The notes under the pieces: generated by a model
What the model was told of the DNA's origin: nothing
Seen by the model: only the letters and a program-made list of their open reading frames with translations
Database searches by the model: none
Origin: an uncultured Clostridia bacterium
GTDB taxonomy: Bacteria > Bacillota > Clostridia > Tissierellales > DATGTQ01
Direction: 5' to 3'
Length of the DNA stretch: 64,000 bases
Assembly (NCBI GenBank): GCA_964447805.1
Contig: CAYUTQ010000003.1
Location: forward strand, 2,402-66,401
Part shown: piece by piece, positions 8,993-18,682 of the stretch
Position numbering within the stretch: the first letter of the stretch is position 1
Layout: every line of letters begins with the position of its first letter
Made by a program: the position numbers and the translations under genes

Positions 8993-9451
8993 ATGCCAGG
9001 CTTGAGTAATATAATTGAAGAGTTTATTAAAGAATTGTTTATGGATGCAGAAGATGGAATTATAGAAATACAAAGGAATGAATTGGCTGCATATTTTGAT
9101 TGTGCTCCTTCCCAAATAAATTATGTACTTGCTACAAGGTTTACTCCTTATAAAGGATATTATGTTGAGAGTAGAAGAGGCGGTGGTGGGTATATAAAAA
9201 TAATAAAGGTAAGTATAGAAGAAGATGAAAATATAAAAGATTTAATTATAAATACAATAGGTGATTCAATAACTAAATATAAGGCTTATGATATAGTAGA
9301 AGGATTAGTAGAAGAAGGTATTATTACTGAACGAGAAGGAGAAATTATAAAAGTAGTGTTGGGAGATAGTGCATTGACTAATGTAACCAAAGAGAGAAAT
9401 CAATTGAGAGCAGATATTTTAAAAAATTTATTATTAGTATTTGTTGAATAA
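8993..9451 (+). CDS. ctsR: Class III stress gene repressor CtsR
   Basis: 152 aa. The N-terminus (SNIIEEFIKELF, ELAAYFDCAPSQINYVL, ESRRGGGGYIKI) is typical of CtsR. First gene of ctsR-mcsA-mcsB-clpC. Confidence 0.93.
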   Translation: MPGLSNIIEEFIKELFMDAEDGIIEIQRNELAAYFDCAPSQINYVLATRFTPYKGYYVESRRGGGGYIKIIKVSIEEDENIKDLIINTIGDSITKYKAYDIVEGLVEEGIITEREGEIIKVVLGDSALTNVTKERNQLRADILKNLLLVFVE

Positions 9452-9466
9452 TGGGAGGGATTAATA

Positions 9467-9985
9467 TTGTTGTGTCAAGTGTGTGAGAAAAATTTAGCAA
9501 CTTTTCATTATACTAAGATTGTTAATGGGAAAGTGACAGAATTACATTTATGTGAAGAATGTGCAAGGGATTATAAAGAGTTAGATTTTGATACATCTTT
9601 TTCTTTTCATAAATTTTTAACAGGATTAATTGATAATATACAGGATAAACCTATACAAAAAGAAGAAGAAATTATATGTGATGAATGTGGAATGAGTTAT
9701 GAAAAATTTAAACAAGTAGGTAGATTTGGATGTTCCAATTGCTATAATGCTTTTAGAGATAAAATTGCTCCTTTATTTAAAGAAGTACATGGACATAATA
9801 TTCATATAGGGAAAATACCAAAAAGAGGTGGGGGAATTATTGGAGTTAAAAAAGAAATAAATAAATTAGAAAATCAATTGGATGAGCTGGTAAAAAGAGA
9901 AGAATTTGAAAAAGCAGCAGTAGTAAGGGATAAAATAAAAGAGTTGGAACAACAAATTGAAGATGCAAGAGGTGATGAGAAATGA
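9467..9985 (+). CDS. mcsA: McsA (zinc-finger / UVR-domain activator of McsB)
   Basis: Paired CxxC motifs (CQVC, CEEC, CDEC, CSNC) and a C-terminal UVR motif (EFEKAAVVRDKIKELE). TTG start lies 7 nt after the GGGAGGG RBS. Confidence 0.9.
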   Translation: MLCQVCEKNLATFHYTKIVNGKVTELHLCEECARDYKELDFDTSFSFHKFLTGLIDNIQDKPIQKEEEIICDECGMSYEKFKQVGRFGCSNCYNAFRDKIAPLFKEVHGHNIHIGKIPKRGGGIIGVKKEINKLENQLDELVKREEFEKAAVVRDKIKELEQQIEDARGDEK

Positions 9986-10998
9986 TTAAATGGCTTGAGG
10001 GAAGTGGTCCAGAAGAGGATGTAGTTATAAGTAGTAGGGTACGTCTTGCTAGAAATTTAGAAAATTATAAATTTCCTCAACAAATGCTTTTGGAGGATGC
10101 AGAAACTGTTACAGAAGAAATATTAAATGCTGCTAAAGCAGGTATAAATGATGGAAATTATAAATTTATAAGAGTAAAAGATTTGGATTATCTAGATAAA
10201 GGATTTTATGTGGAGAAACATTTAATAAGTCCTGAACTTATTAAAAATCCAACAAAAAGTAGTTTTTTATTAAGAGATGATGAAAAATTAGCAATTATGA
10301 TTAATGAAGAAGATCATATAAGGATGCAAATTCTTTTTCCTGGTCTTAACTTAGAAGAATGTTGGAATCTAGGTAATGAAATTGATAATAAACTGGAGGA
10401 AAGTTTAGATTATGCTTTTGATGAAAGATTAGGATATCTAACTTCCTGTCTTACTAATGTAGGTACTGGACTTAGGGCTTCAGTTATGCTTCATTTACCT
10501 TGTTTAGTATATACAAGATATATTGATAATATTATTCAGGCATTAAATCAAATTGATTTAACTGTAAGAGGACTTTATGGAGAAGGATCAGAAGCTATAG
10601 GTAATATATTTCAAATATCGAATCAAACAACTTTGGGCGAAACAGAAGAAGAAATGATTCATAAACTTAAAAATGTGGTTCTTCAAATAATAAAAAAAGA
10701 AAGAGATATTAGAGAAAATTTTGTTTCTAAAAGAAAAATAGAAATCGAAGATAGGGTATTTAGAGCTTATGGGATTTTAAAATATGCAAGGACTGTAACT
10801 TCAAAAGAAGCTATGAAACTTTTATCTGCTATAAAGCTTGGTGTAGAATTAGGTATAATTAAAGATGTAGATTCAAGAGGAATAAATAATCTTATGATAT
10901 TAATTCAGCCTGCAAGTTTACAAAAATATTATAAAAAAGAAATGATAAAAGAAGAAAGAGATATTATGAGAGCACAACTAATAAGAGATAAGATATAG
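9982..10998 (+). CDS. mcsB: Protein arginine kinase McsB
   Basis: Guanido-phosphotransferase motifs EEDHIRMQ and [18 protein letters not shown]. It overlaps mcsA by 4 nt. Confidence 0.94.
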   Translation: MIKWLEGSGPEEDVVISSRVRLARNLENYKFPQQMLLEDAETVTEEILNAAKAGINDGNYKFIRVKDLDYLDKGFYVEKHLISPELIKNPTKSSFLLRDDEKLAIMINEEDHIRMQILFPGLNLEECWNLGNEIDNKLEESLDYAFDERLGYLTSCLTNVGTGLRASVMLHLPCLVYTRYIDNIIQALNQIDLTVRGLYGEGSEAIGNIFQISNQTTLGETEEEMIHKLKNVVLQIIKKERDIRENFVSKRKIEIEDRVFRAYGILKYARTVTSKEAMKLLSAIKLGVELGIIKDVDSRGINNLMILIQPASLQKYYKKEMIKEERDIMRAQLIRDKI

Positions 10999-11014
10999 TT
11001 ATGGGAGGGATAAT

Positions 11015-13453
11015 ATGGGTATGTTTAATAGATTTACAGAAAGAGCACAAAAATCAATATTATTAGCTCAAGAAGAAGCTCAAAATTTGATGCATAATTA
11101 TGTAGGTACAGAACATTTGTTATTAGGATTATTAAGTGAAGGAGAAGGTGTAGGAGCTAAAGTTCTAAAGGATGCAGGAGTGAGTTTAGAAGAAGCTAGA
11201 AATCAAATTGTGCAATTAGTTGGACGTGGAAATTATGAGACTAATATTTTAGGTTTTACACCTAGAACTAAACGAGTATTTGAATTAAGTTTTTTAGAAG
11301 CTAGAAAATTAGGACATAATTATATAGGAACTGAACATATATTATTAGGATTAATAGAAGAAGGAGAAGGTGTAGCAGTAGTAGTTTTGGTTAATTTAGG
11401 AGTGGATTTGAGTAAGCTTAAAGAAAATATTATTCAAATGATTTCTGAGAACTATTCAAAATCATCTCATGGAAATATGGGGAGAACAAGTAAAACTCCG
11501 AATTTAGACAAATATAGTAGAGATTTAACTAAGTTGGCTATAGATGGCAAGATAGATCCAGTTATAGGTAGAACAAAAGAAATAAAAAGAGTAATTCAAA
11601 TTTTAAGTAGAAGAACAAAAAATAATCCAGTTCTTATTGGAGAACCAGGAGTAGGTAAAACAGCTATTAGTGAAGGATTAGCTCAAAAAATAGTTGAAGG
11701 TATGGTGCCAGAAATAATTAAAGATAAAAGAGTTGTTACTTTAGATTTGCCTGGTATGATAGCTGGAACTAAATATAGAGGAGAGTTTGAAGAAAGATTT
11801 AAAGCTGTATTGAAAGAGTTGAAGGAAGCTGGAAATATTATATTGTTCATAGATGAACTTCATACTTTGGTTGGAGCAGGTGCCGCAGAAGGTGCAATAG
11901 ATGCTTCAAATATATTGAAACCTGTTCTTGCAAGAGGAGAACTTCAGATAATAGGGGCTACTACCATTGATGAGTATAGGAAGTATATTGAGAAGGATTC
12001 AGCATTGGAAAGAAGATTCCAAACTATTATGGTTGATGAACCTACTGTAGAAGATACTATTAAAATATTGGAAGGCTTAAGAGATAGATATGAAGCACAT
12101 CATAGAGTAGAAATAACTGATGAGGCATTGCAAGCAGCAGCTGAGTTATCTAATAGATATATTACTGATAGGTATTTGCCAGATAAAGCTATAGATTTAA
12201 TAGATGAAGCAGCTTCTATGGTGAGGATAGAATCTTTTACAGCTCCTGATGGAGTAAAAGGATTAGAAGAAAAATTGGAGGAATTTTCTCAAGAAAAAGA
12301 AGAAGCAGTTAATACTCAAAATTATGAAAAAGCAGCAAAGATTAGGGATATGGAAAAGGAAATAAAAGAGAAATTAGAAGAAGAAAAAACAAAATGGGAA
12401 CAAGAAAAGAAAACTTCTAATATGGTAGTTAAATATGATGAAATAGCTAAAGTAGTAGCTAATTGGACTGGCATACCTGTGAAGAAAATGACAGTAGAAG
12501 AAAGTGAAAAATTATTAAAACTTGAGGAAATTCTTCATAAAAAGGTAATAGGACAAAATCAAGCTGTGGAAGCAGTATCCAATGCAATAAGAAGAGCAAG
12601 AGTAGGGCTTAAAGACGCTAAAAAACCTGTAGGTACATTTATATTTGTGGGACCAACAGGGGTAGGGAAAACTTATTTAGCTAAGGCTTTGGCAGAAACA
12701 TTATTTGGTGATGAAGATTCTATGATTCGTATAGATATGTCAGAGTATATGGAAAAGTATTCAGTTTCTAGATTGATAGGTTCACCTCCAGGATATGTAG
12801 GATATGATGAAGGTGGTCAATTAACAGAAGCTGTAAGAAGAAAACCTTATTCAGTAGTGCTTTTTGACGAAGTAGAAAAAGCTCATCCAGATGTATTTAA
12901 TGTATTATTGCAAATACTTGATGATGGTAGACTTACAGATTCTAAGGGAAGAGTTATAGATTTTAAAAATACAGTTATTATCATGACATCTAATGTTGGA
13001 GCTACATCAATTAAAAAGCAAAATGTATTAGGATTTTCTTCACCTGAGGATGAAGAGAAGGAAGAGTATGATAAAATGAAAGAAGTTATTTCTGAAGAAT
13101 TGAAAAGAACCTTTAGACCGGAATTTTTAAATAGGATAGATGAGATAATAGTATTCCATTCATTAAAAGAGGAGCATGTAAAAGAGATAGTTGATGTAAT
13201 GATTGATGATTTAGAAAAGAGACTTAGGAAATTAAATATAAAAGTAAAAATTAGTGAAAAGACTAAGGATTATATAAGTGAAGAAGGTTTTGATCCAGTT
13301 TATGGTGCAAGACCATTAGAAAGAACTATAAGGAAGATGATAGAAGATCAATTAGCTGAAGAAATTCTTAAAGGTAATGTTTCTAAAAAAGATGATATTT
13401 TAATAGACTACAAAGATGATGAATTAGTATTTTCTAAAGAACCATTAATTTAA
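11015..13453 (+). CDS. clpC: ATP-dependent Clp protease ATPase subunit ClpC
   Basis: 812 aa. Contains the duplicated N-terminal Clp repeat, two Walker A boxes ([16 protein letters not shown]) and a UVR-like linker. Confidence 0.96.
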   Translation: MGMFNRFTERAQKSILLAQEEAQNLMHNYVGTEHLLLGLLSEGEGVGAKVLKDAGVSLEEARNQIVQLVGRGNYETNILGFTPRTKRVFELSFLEARKLGHNYIGTEHILLGLIEEGEGVAVVVLVNLGVDLSKLKENIIQMISENYSKSSHGNMGRTSKTPNLDKYSRDLTKLAIDGKIDPVIGRTKEIKRVIQILSRRTKNNPVLIGEPGVGKTAISEGLAQKIVEGMVPEIIKDKRVVTLDLPGMIAGTKYRGEFEERFKAVLKELKEAGNIILFIDELHTLVGAGAAEGAIDASNILKPVLARGELQIIGATTIDEYRKYIEKDSALERRFQTIMVDEPTVEDTIKILEGLRDRYEAHHRVEITDEALQAAAELSNRYITDRYLPDKAIDLIDEAASMVRIESFTAPDGVKGLEEKLEEFSQEKEEAVNTQNYEKAAKIRDMEKEIKEKLEEEKTKWEQEKKTSNMVVKYDEIAKVVANWTGIPVKKMTVEESEKLLKLEEILHKKVIGQNQAVEAVSNAIRRARVGLKDAKKPVGTFIFVGPTGVGKTYLAKALAETLFGDEDSMIRIDMSEYMEKYSVSRLIGSPPGYVGYDEGGQLTEAVRRKPYSVVLFDEVEKAHPDVFNVLLQILDDGRLTDSKGRVIDFKNTVIIMTSNVGATSIKKQNVLGFSSPEDEEKEEYDKMKEVISEELKRTFRPEFLNRIDEIIVFHSLKEEHVKEIVDVMIDDLEKRLRKLNIKVKISEKTKDYISEEGFDPVYGARPLERTIRKMIEDQLAEEILKGNVSKKDDILIDYKDDELVFSKEPLI

Positions 13454-13524
13454 TTTTGAATGAAAGGCATGAGTTTTGAATAGCATTTTGTTAAATAGAT
13501 ATTAGAAATGATAAAAGCAATTAA

Positions 13525-13574
13525 AAACATCTAAAGTGCGACATTTCATCGGGCTTTAGATGTTTAATTTTTTT
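13525..13574 (+). terminator. Rho-independent terminator of the clpC operon
   Basis: 12-bp stem AAACATCTAAAG (13525-13536) / CTTTAGATGTTT (13554-13565) followed by AATTTTTTT. Confidence 0.8.
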
Positions 13575-13665
13575 GGATATAACAATATTCCTTTTAAGGA
13601 ATATACTTTTATTTTTTAAGATATGTATTTTAATAAAACATATCAATTTTAATTTATGACTTTTA

Positions 13666-13694
13666 TTGAAAGAATATTTTTTCTTAGATATAAT
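13666..13694 (+). promoter_or_regulatory. Sigma-A type promoter of radA-disA
   Basis: TTGAAA (13666-13671), 17-nt spacer, TATAAT (13689-13694). The track ORF start at 13666 coincides with the -35 box. Confidence 0.7.
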
Positions 13695-13725
13695 TAGATT
13701 AGAACTTGTAGAAGGAGGAAAATTC

Positions 13726-15093
13726 GTGGCAAAAACCAAAACTTTATTTATTTGTCAGAATTGTGGTTATGAAGCTTATAAATGGTTAGGAAAATGTCCT
13801 TCATGTAATAAATGGAATACTTTCCAAGAAGAAATTGTAGAAAAAAAGAAATCTAAAAAAATAGGTCAAACTACAGGATCTAAAGTTGAAAAGCTAATGA
13901 ATGTTGAAATAGATAAGGAGGATAGAATATATACAGGTAGTCAAGAATTAGATAGAGTTCTTGGAGGAGGAATTGTAAAAGGTTCTTTAATTTTAGTAGG
14001 AGGAGAACCAGGAATAGGAAAATCGACACTTTTGGTCCAGGTGGCAAATGAATTGTCAAATGCTGGGCTTAAAGTTTTATATATTACAGGTGAAGAATCT
14101 CCAAAACAAGTGAAATTGAGAGCTGATAGATTAAATTTAAAGGCTGATAAATTGTATATTTTATCAGAAGCAAATTTGGATATAATAGAAAATGGAATAG
14201 AAAGTATTTCACCTGATATATTGATAGTAGATTCTATTCAAACGGTTTATACACCTATGATATCTTCTGCACCTGGCAGTGTAAGTCAGGTAAGGGAAGT
14301 GACACATACATTAATGAAATTGGCAAAAAAGCAGAATTTAGCAACATTTATTGTAGGTCATGTGACCAAAGAAGGAGCAATTGCAGGACCAAAAGTTTTA
14401 GAACATATGGTAGATACTGTTCTCTATTTTGAAGGAGAAATGTATCATAGTTATAGAATGCTTAGGGCAGTAAAGAATAGATTTGGTTCTACTAATGAGG
14501 TAGGTATGTTTGAAATGAGAGATGTAGGTTTGGTGGAAGTAGAAGATCCTTCTTTATTTTTGCTTTCAGGAAGACCAAAGTCAACTTCTGGTAGTGTTGT
14601 AGTGCCTACTATTGAAGGAACTAGACCTATGTTAGTAGAGGTTCAAGCATTGACTAGTTCTACTATATTTGGTATGCCGAGACGGGCAGCTATGGGGATA
14701 GATTACAATAGGGTTATACTTATGATTGCAGTTCTTGAAAAGAAAATAGGTTATCAACTTCAAAATTGTGATGCTTATGTAAATATAGTTGGTGGATTAC
14801 AATCTAGGGAGCCAGCTATGGATTTAGGCATTATATCTTCTATTGCTTCTAGCTATAAAGATATTCCAATTAAATCAAATATGATGGTCATGGGAGAAGT
14901 AGGTTTAACAGGAGAAGTACGAACTGTTAGTTTTATAGAAAGAAGACTTAGAGAAGGGGCGAAATTAGGTTTTAAGACTGCTATAATACCTAAAGCAAAT
15001 GAAAAAAAATTAAAAAACAAAGATGAATTAGATATGAAAATTGTTGGTATAAATAGTGTAGGAGAAGGATTAGAGATAATATTGGGAGGGTAA
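13726..15093 (+). CDS. radA: DNA repair protein RadA/Sms
   Basis: Contains a zinc ribbon (CQNCGYE...CPSC), Walker A (GGEPGIGKST), a KNRFG motif and a Lon-like C-terminus. GTG 13726 lies 6 nt after GGAGGA and downstream of the promoter. Confidence 0.94.
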   Translation: MAKTKTLFICQNCGYEAYKWLGKCPSCNKWNTFQEEIVEKKKSKKIGQTTGSKVEKLMNVEIDKEDRIYTGSQELDRVLGGGIVKGSLILVGGEPGIGKSTLLVQVANELSNAGLKVLYITGEESPKQVKLRADRLNLKADKLYILSEANLDIIENGIESISPDILIVDSIQTVYTPMISSAPGSVSQVREVTHTLMKLAKKQNLATFIVGHVTKEGAIAGPKVLEHMVDTVLYFEGEMYHSYRMLRAVKNRFGSTNEVGMFEMRDVGLVEVEDPSLFLLSGRPKSTSGSVVVPTIEGTRPMLVEVQALTSSTIFGMPRRAAMGIDYNRVILMIAVLEKKIGYQLQNCDAYVNIVGGLQSREPAMDLGIISSIASSYKDIPIKSNMMVMGEVGLTGEVRTVSFIERRLREGAKLGFKTAIIPKANEKKLKNKDELDMKIVGINSVGEGLEIILGG

Positions 15094-15099
15094 GCAGAT

Positions 15100-16173
15100 A
15101 TGGGTGACATAAATATAAAGAGTGAATTATATGATTCTTTAAAAATAGTTGCACCAGGAACACAATTAAGATTGGGACTAGAAAATATAGTCCGAGCTAA
15201 GACTGGTGCATTAATTGTAGTTGGAGATAATGAAGATATATTAGAAATAGTAGATGGAGGTTTTTATATAAGTAGTGAATACACACCAGCTCATTTATAT
15301 GAATTAGCTAAAATGGATGGTGCTATTATATTAAGTAGTGATTGTAAAAAGATACTATATGCAAATGCACAATTGGTTCCAGGGCAGTCTATTTCCTCCA
15401 AAGAAACAGGAACTCGACATAGAACAGCAGAAAGGGTAGCGAAGCAGACAGAAGCGTTAGTAATTGCTATATCACAAAGAAGAAATATTATTACTCTTTA
15501 CAAGGGGGAATATAAGTACATACTTAGAGATTCTAGTGAAATACTTAGTAAAGCCAATCAAGCTATACAAACTTTAGAAAAATATAAAAATGCTTTAAAT
15601 CAAGCAATGAATAATTTAACAGCTTTAGAATTTGAAAACTTAGTAACAATTTATGATGTTGCAATGGTAATACAAAGATTAGAAATGGTTTCTAGAGTTT
15701 CTAAAGAAATAGAAAAATATATTTTGGAATTAGGGAATGAAGGTAGACTTATAAGTATGCAATTAAATGAATTAATGAGTGGTGTAAATGAAGATGGAGA
15801 TAATGTTATAAGAGATTATTCTATTCGAGATGCAAAACATACAAAAGTAAGAAGAGAAATAGCAAATTTATCTTCAAATGAATTATTAGATTTAGATGTT
15901 ATAGGAAATACATTAGGTTACAAAGATGGCTTAGTATCGTTAGATATAAATGTATATCCCAAAGGATATAGAATTTTAAGCAAAATACCTAGATTGCCTT
16001 CTAATGTACTTGAAAATGTAGTAAAAATGTTTGGGTCATTTCAAGAAATATTAAAAGCGTCAGTAAAAGATTTAGATTTAGTAGATGGAATTGGTGAAGT
16101 AAGAGCAAGGACTATAAAGGAAGGAATAAGAAGATATCAAGAACAAGTTATGGTAGATAGGAATTTAGTGTAA
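15100..16173 (+). CDS. disA: DNA integrity scanning protein DisA (diadenylate cyclase)
   Basis: 357 aa. N-terminal DAC domain (DGAIIL, HRTAERV) and a C-terminal HhH motif (GIGEVRARTI). Follows radA as in Bacillus. Confidence 0.94.
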   Translation: MGDINIKSELYDSLKIVAPGTQLRLGLENIVRAKTGALIVVGDNEDILEIVDGGFYISSEYTPAHLYELAKMDGAIILSSDCKKILYANAQLVPGQSISSKETGTRHRTAERVAKQTEALVIAISQRRNIITLYKGEYKYILRDSSEILSKANQAIQTLEKYKNALNQAMNNLTALEFENLVTIYDVAMVIQRLEMVSRVSKEIEKYILELGNEGRLISMQLNELMSGVNEDGDNVIRDYSIRDAKHTKVRREIANLSSNELLDLDVIGNTLGYKDGLVSLDINVYPKGYRILSKIPRLPSNVLENVVKMFGSFQEILKASVKDLDLVDGIGEVRARTIKEGIRRYQEQVMVDRNLV

Positions 16174-16182
16174 AAATAAAAA

Positions 16183-16201
16183 AAGCACACAGAGTGTGCT
16201 T
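16183..16201. terminator. Bidirectional hairpin terminator between disA and the convergent orphan gene
   Basis: Stem AAGCACAC / GTGTGCTT with a 3-nt loop. An A-run lies upstream, giving a strong T-run for the minus-strand transcript. The T-run for the plus strand is weaker. Confidence 0.75.
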
Positions 16202-16204
16202 TGA

Positions 16205-16621
16205 CTATTTTAAACTATATATGCCCAAGGTTTTCAAGTTATCATATTCTTTTAGTACAGCATCTATTAAATTTATATCTAGTGTATCACATAAAGCAGC
16301 AAGGTAAAAAAGATAGGCTCCTATTTCTTCTTCTAATTTTTCTTGACATACTTCACAGAGTTCGCCTTCTATATGGGTTTGCACATTATCTTTTACTTCT
16401 TTTAAAGTTTCTTTGTTGAAATCTTGTTTAGATGCTGTTATTGATATACATCCACATGAAGTTACAGATTTTGCTACAGCTCTGTTTATTCTAGCATTAT
16501 AATCTTCAAGTTTTGTAATAATATCTAATATGCTCTTATGTCTTATAAGGACTTCAGAGACTTTATCTTGAAAATCATTACAAATATCACCGTTATTTGT
16601 ATTTATAGTATCTTTGTTCAT
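16205..16621 (-). CDS. Conserved-looking hypothetical protein, Cys-rich (CxC + CxxC), C-terminal MazG-like helix motif
   Basis: 138 aa. Strong RBS GGGGTGGA 7 nt upstream of the ATG, its own consensus promoter, and its own terminator. Motifs SCGC (56-58), CEVC (89-92) and EEEIGAYLFYLAALCDTLDINLIDAV. The function is not recognised. Confidence 0.75.
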   Translation of the reverse strand: MNKDTINTNNGDICNDFQDKVSEVLIRHKSILDIITKLEDYNARINRAVAKSVTSCGCISITASKQDFNKETLKEVKDNVQTHIEGELCEVCQEKLEEEIGAYLFYLAALCDTLDINLIDAVLKEYDNLKTLGIYSLK

Positions 16622-16660
16622 ATATTTCCACCCCAGTCAAATATAATTGTTTATAAGTTT

Positions 16661-16690
16661 ATTATACTGATGTGGACAAGTGGTTGTCAA
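16661..16690 (-). promoter_or_regulatory. Sigma-A type promoter of the orphan minus-strand gene
   Basis: On the minus strand: TTGACA (16690-16685), 18-nt spacer, TATAAT (16666-16661). Confidence 0.7.
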
Positions 16691-16745
16691 ATATTTCTTG
16701 AATTTTATTAGTAAAAAATCAAAAGAAATTGTTAATCTTTATAAT

Positions 16746-16775
16746 TTGACAAAATTACAAAGTATGTGATACAAT
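16746..16775 (+). promoter_or_regulatory. Sigma-A type promoter P1 upstream of the carD-like gene
   Basis: TTGACA (16746-16751), 18-nt spacer, TGaTACAAT (extended -10, 16767-16775). Confidence 0.65.
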
Positions 16776-16782
16776 AATCTAT

Positions 16783-16811
16783 TTGACAATCATTCCCTAA
16801 TATTGTATAAT
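16783..16811 (+). promoter_or_regulatory. Sigma-A type promoter P2 upstream of the carD-like gene
   Basis: TTGACA (16783-16788), 17-nt spacer, TATAAT (16806-16811). This is a perfect consensus. Confidence 0.75.
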
Positions 16812-16846
16812 TATTATTAATGATGATAGCATGGGAGGTATATGTT

Positions 16847-17335
16847 ATGTTTAGTATAGGAGATAAAATTGTGTATCCAATGCATGGAGCTGGTATTATA
16901 GAGGCTATCGAAGAAAAAGAAATTTTAGGAGAAATAAGAAGATACTATATTATGAAAATGCCTATAGGTGATATGAAAGTAATGGTTCCTGTTGATAATG
17001 CTGAAGAAGTGGGAATTAGAGAAGTTATTGATGATAATGAAATAAAAGAAGTTTTCACTGTTTTAAAGGGAGAACAATCTAAAATGCCTCAAAATTGGAA
17101 TAGACGTTATAGAATAAATATGGATAGAATAAGAAGTGGGGATATATATGAAATAGCAGCAGTTGTAAGAAATTTGATGATTAGAGATGAGGAAAAAGGA
17201 TTGTCCACAGGGGAGAGAAAAATGTTAAATAGTGCCAAACAAATGTTGGTAAGTGAGATTGTATTAGCAATTGATACTGATCAAGAAGAAGTTGAAAAAC
17301 TTATTAATAAAGCTATTAATGATGCTGTTGTTTAG
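16847..17335 (+). CDS. CarD/CdnL family RNA polymerase-binding transcription regulator
   Basis: N-terminus MFSIGDKIVYPMHGAGIIEAIEEKE is typical of CarD_CdnL_TRCF. ATG 16847 follows the GGGAGG RBS. The track start at 16820 lies only 9 nt downstream of the P2 -10 box (16806-16811). Confidence 0.9.
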   Translation: MFSIGDKIVYPMHGAGIIEAIEEKEILGEIRRYYIMKMPIGDMKVMVPVDNAEEVGIREVIDDNEIKEVFTVLKGEQSKMPQNWNRRYRINMDRIRSGDIYEIAAVVRNLMIRDEEKGLSTGERKMLNSAKQMLVSEIVLAIDTDQEEVEKLINKAINDAVV

Positions 17336-17342
17336 TATTATG

Positions 17343-17377
17343 CCACAAAAATATTTTTTTAAAAATATTTTTTGTGG
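17343..17377 (+). terminator. Hairpin terminator after the carD-like gene
   Basis: CCACAAAAATATTTTT / AAAAATATTTTTTGTGG, a ~16-bp stem with one bulge. AT-rich with GC-clamped ends. Confidence 0.55.
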
Positions 17378-17425
17378 TTATATTAATTATTGAAATGGTA
17401 ATAAATATATAGAGGAGGTGAACTT

Positions 17426-18526
17426 ATGGTTGATAAGATTGTAAAAGGAGTTATTGCTCTTATAGGTATTTTAGTAGGTTATGGAGTAACAGTAGGTTTG
17501 AGAGCTGTAGGTTTTTTTAATATGATAAGATTAGGTTTTTTAAATGTTATACTAAGTATTGGAATTTGTATTTTATTTGGATTTATATTTTATTATTTAT
17601 CTCCAAAGTTTATAAGAGGTGGCAGAAAAATTATTTCATTTTTTGAAGTGGAATTACAGAAAATACCGCCATCAGATATTGTTTTAGGATCAGTAGGATT
17701 AATAGTGGGACTTATTATTGCATATTTATTGAGCCAGCCTTTTTATAATTTAAATATACCTTATTTAGGAGTTTCTGTTTCAATAGTTCTCTATTTAATA
17801 TTAGGATACTTAGGAATAAAAGTTCCAACTAAAAAAAGTGAAGATTTTTCTAACTCAGTAGGTATTTTTTTAAAAAAAGGTTCTACTAAAGAAAAGTTGA
17901 AATCAAATTGTAAAGCTTGTCCTAAGATTTTAGACACAAGTGTTATAATTGATGGTAGAATTGCAGATATTTGTAAAACGGGTTTTGTCGAAGGACCATT
18001 GGTGATACCACAATTTGTTTTAGAAGAGTTACAACATATTGCAGATTCTTCAGATTCGTTAAAAAGGAATAGAGGTAGAAGAGGTTTAGATATATTAAAT
18101 AAAATTCAAAAAGAATTGAAAATTGAAGTTATTATATATGAAAAGGATTTTGAGGATATACAAGAAGTAGATTCAAAGCTTTTAAAATTGGCACAAATAA
18201 TGAAAGGTAAAGTTCTTACAAATGACTATAATTTAAACAAAGTAGCAGAGGTACAAGGTATAGAAGTATTAAATATTAATGAATTAGCAAATGCAGTAAA
18301 GCCTGTAGTAATTCCAGGTGAAGAAATGACTGTTCAAGTGATAAAAGATGGAAAAGAAGTAGGTCAAGGTTTAGCATATTTGGATGATGGGACTATGATA
18401 GTAGTTGAAGGTGGGAAAAAACATATAGGAGAAACTATTGGTGTTTTAGTGACAAGTGTTCTTCAAACTTCTGCAGGAAGGATGATATTTGCTAAACCAA
18501 AGTCTGCAGTAGATAGAGCAGTTTAG
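17426..18526 (+). CDS. yacL: PIN/TRAM domain membrane protein (YacL family)
   Basis: Four N-terminal TM helices, then a PIN domain ([12 protein letters not shown]) and a C-terminal TRAM-like domain. It occupies the same position as Bacillus yacL, upstream of ispD. Confidence 0.88.
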   Translation: MVDKIVKGVIALIGILVGYGVTVGLRAVGFFNMIRLGFLNVILSIGICILFGFIFYYLSPKFIRGGRKIISFFEVELQKIPPSDIVLGSVGLIVGLIIAYLLSQPFYNLNIPYLGVSVSIVLYLILGYLGIKVPTKKSEDFSNSVGIFLKKGSTKEKLKSNCKACPKILDTSVIIDGRIADICKTGFVEGPLVIPQFVLEELQHIADSSDSLKRNRGRRGLDILNKIQKELKIEVIIYEKDFEDIQEVDSKLLKLAQIMKGKVLTNDYNLNKVAEVQGIEVLNINELANAVKPVVIPGEEMTVQVIKDGKEVGQGLAYLDDGTMIVVEGGKKHIGETIGVLVTSVLQTSAGRMIFAKPKSAVDRAV

Positions 18527-18553
18527 GGTCAATATGGCCCTAATATTTTTTTT
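18525..18553 (+). terminator. Terminator after yacL
   Basis: Stem AGGGTC / GGCCCT (one G-U pair) with a 5-nt loop, followed by AATATTTTTTTT. Confidence 0.6.
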
Positions 18554-18682
18554 GTGTTTTGGAGAATATAAAGATATAAATTTTATTTTAAGTTGTTTTT
18601 TCATTATGCTATAATATTTAAGAAGGTCAGTCTATGTCCATTTTTAATTAAGTTATGCTATAATGTGTAAGAGGTGAAAATA

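Noticed and set aside
8655-9115. Minus-strand ORFs at 8655-8855 and 8915-9115 around the ctsR promoter.
   Set aside because: They overlap the 3' end of the EF-G paralogue, the CtsR operator and the ctsR 5' end. They have no RBS and no recognisable protein features.
13521-13739. Minus-strand 72-aa ORF in the clpC-radA spacer.
   Set aside because: It spans the clpC terminator and the radA promoter, has no RBS, and gives a low-complexity translation.
16201-16419. Plus-strand 72-aa ORF opposite the orphan gene.
   Set aside because: The minus-strand ORF has the RBS, promoter and terminator. The plus-strand ORF starts inside the terminator hairpin and translates to Leu-rich noise.
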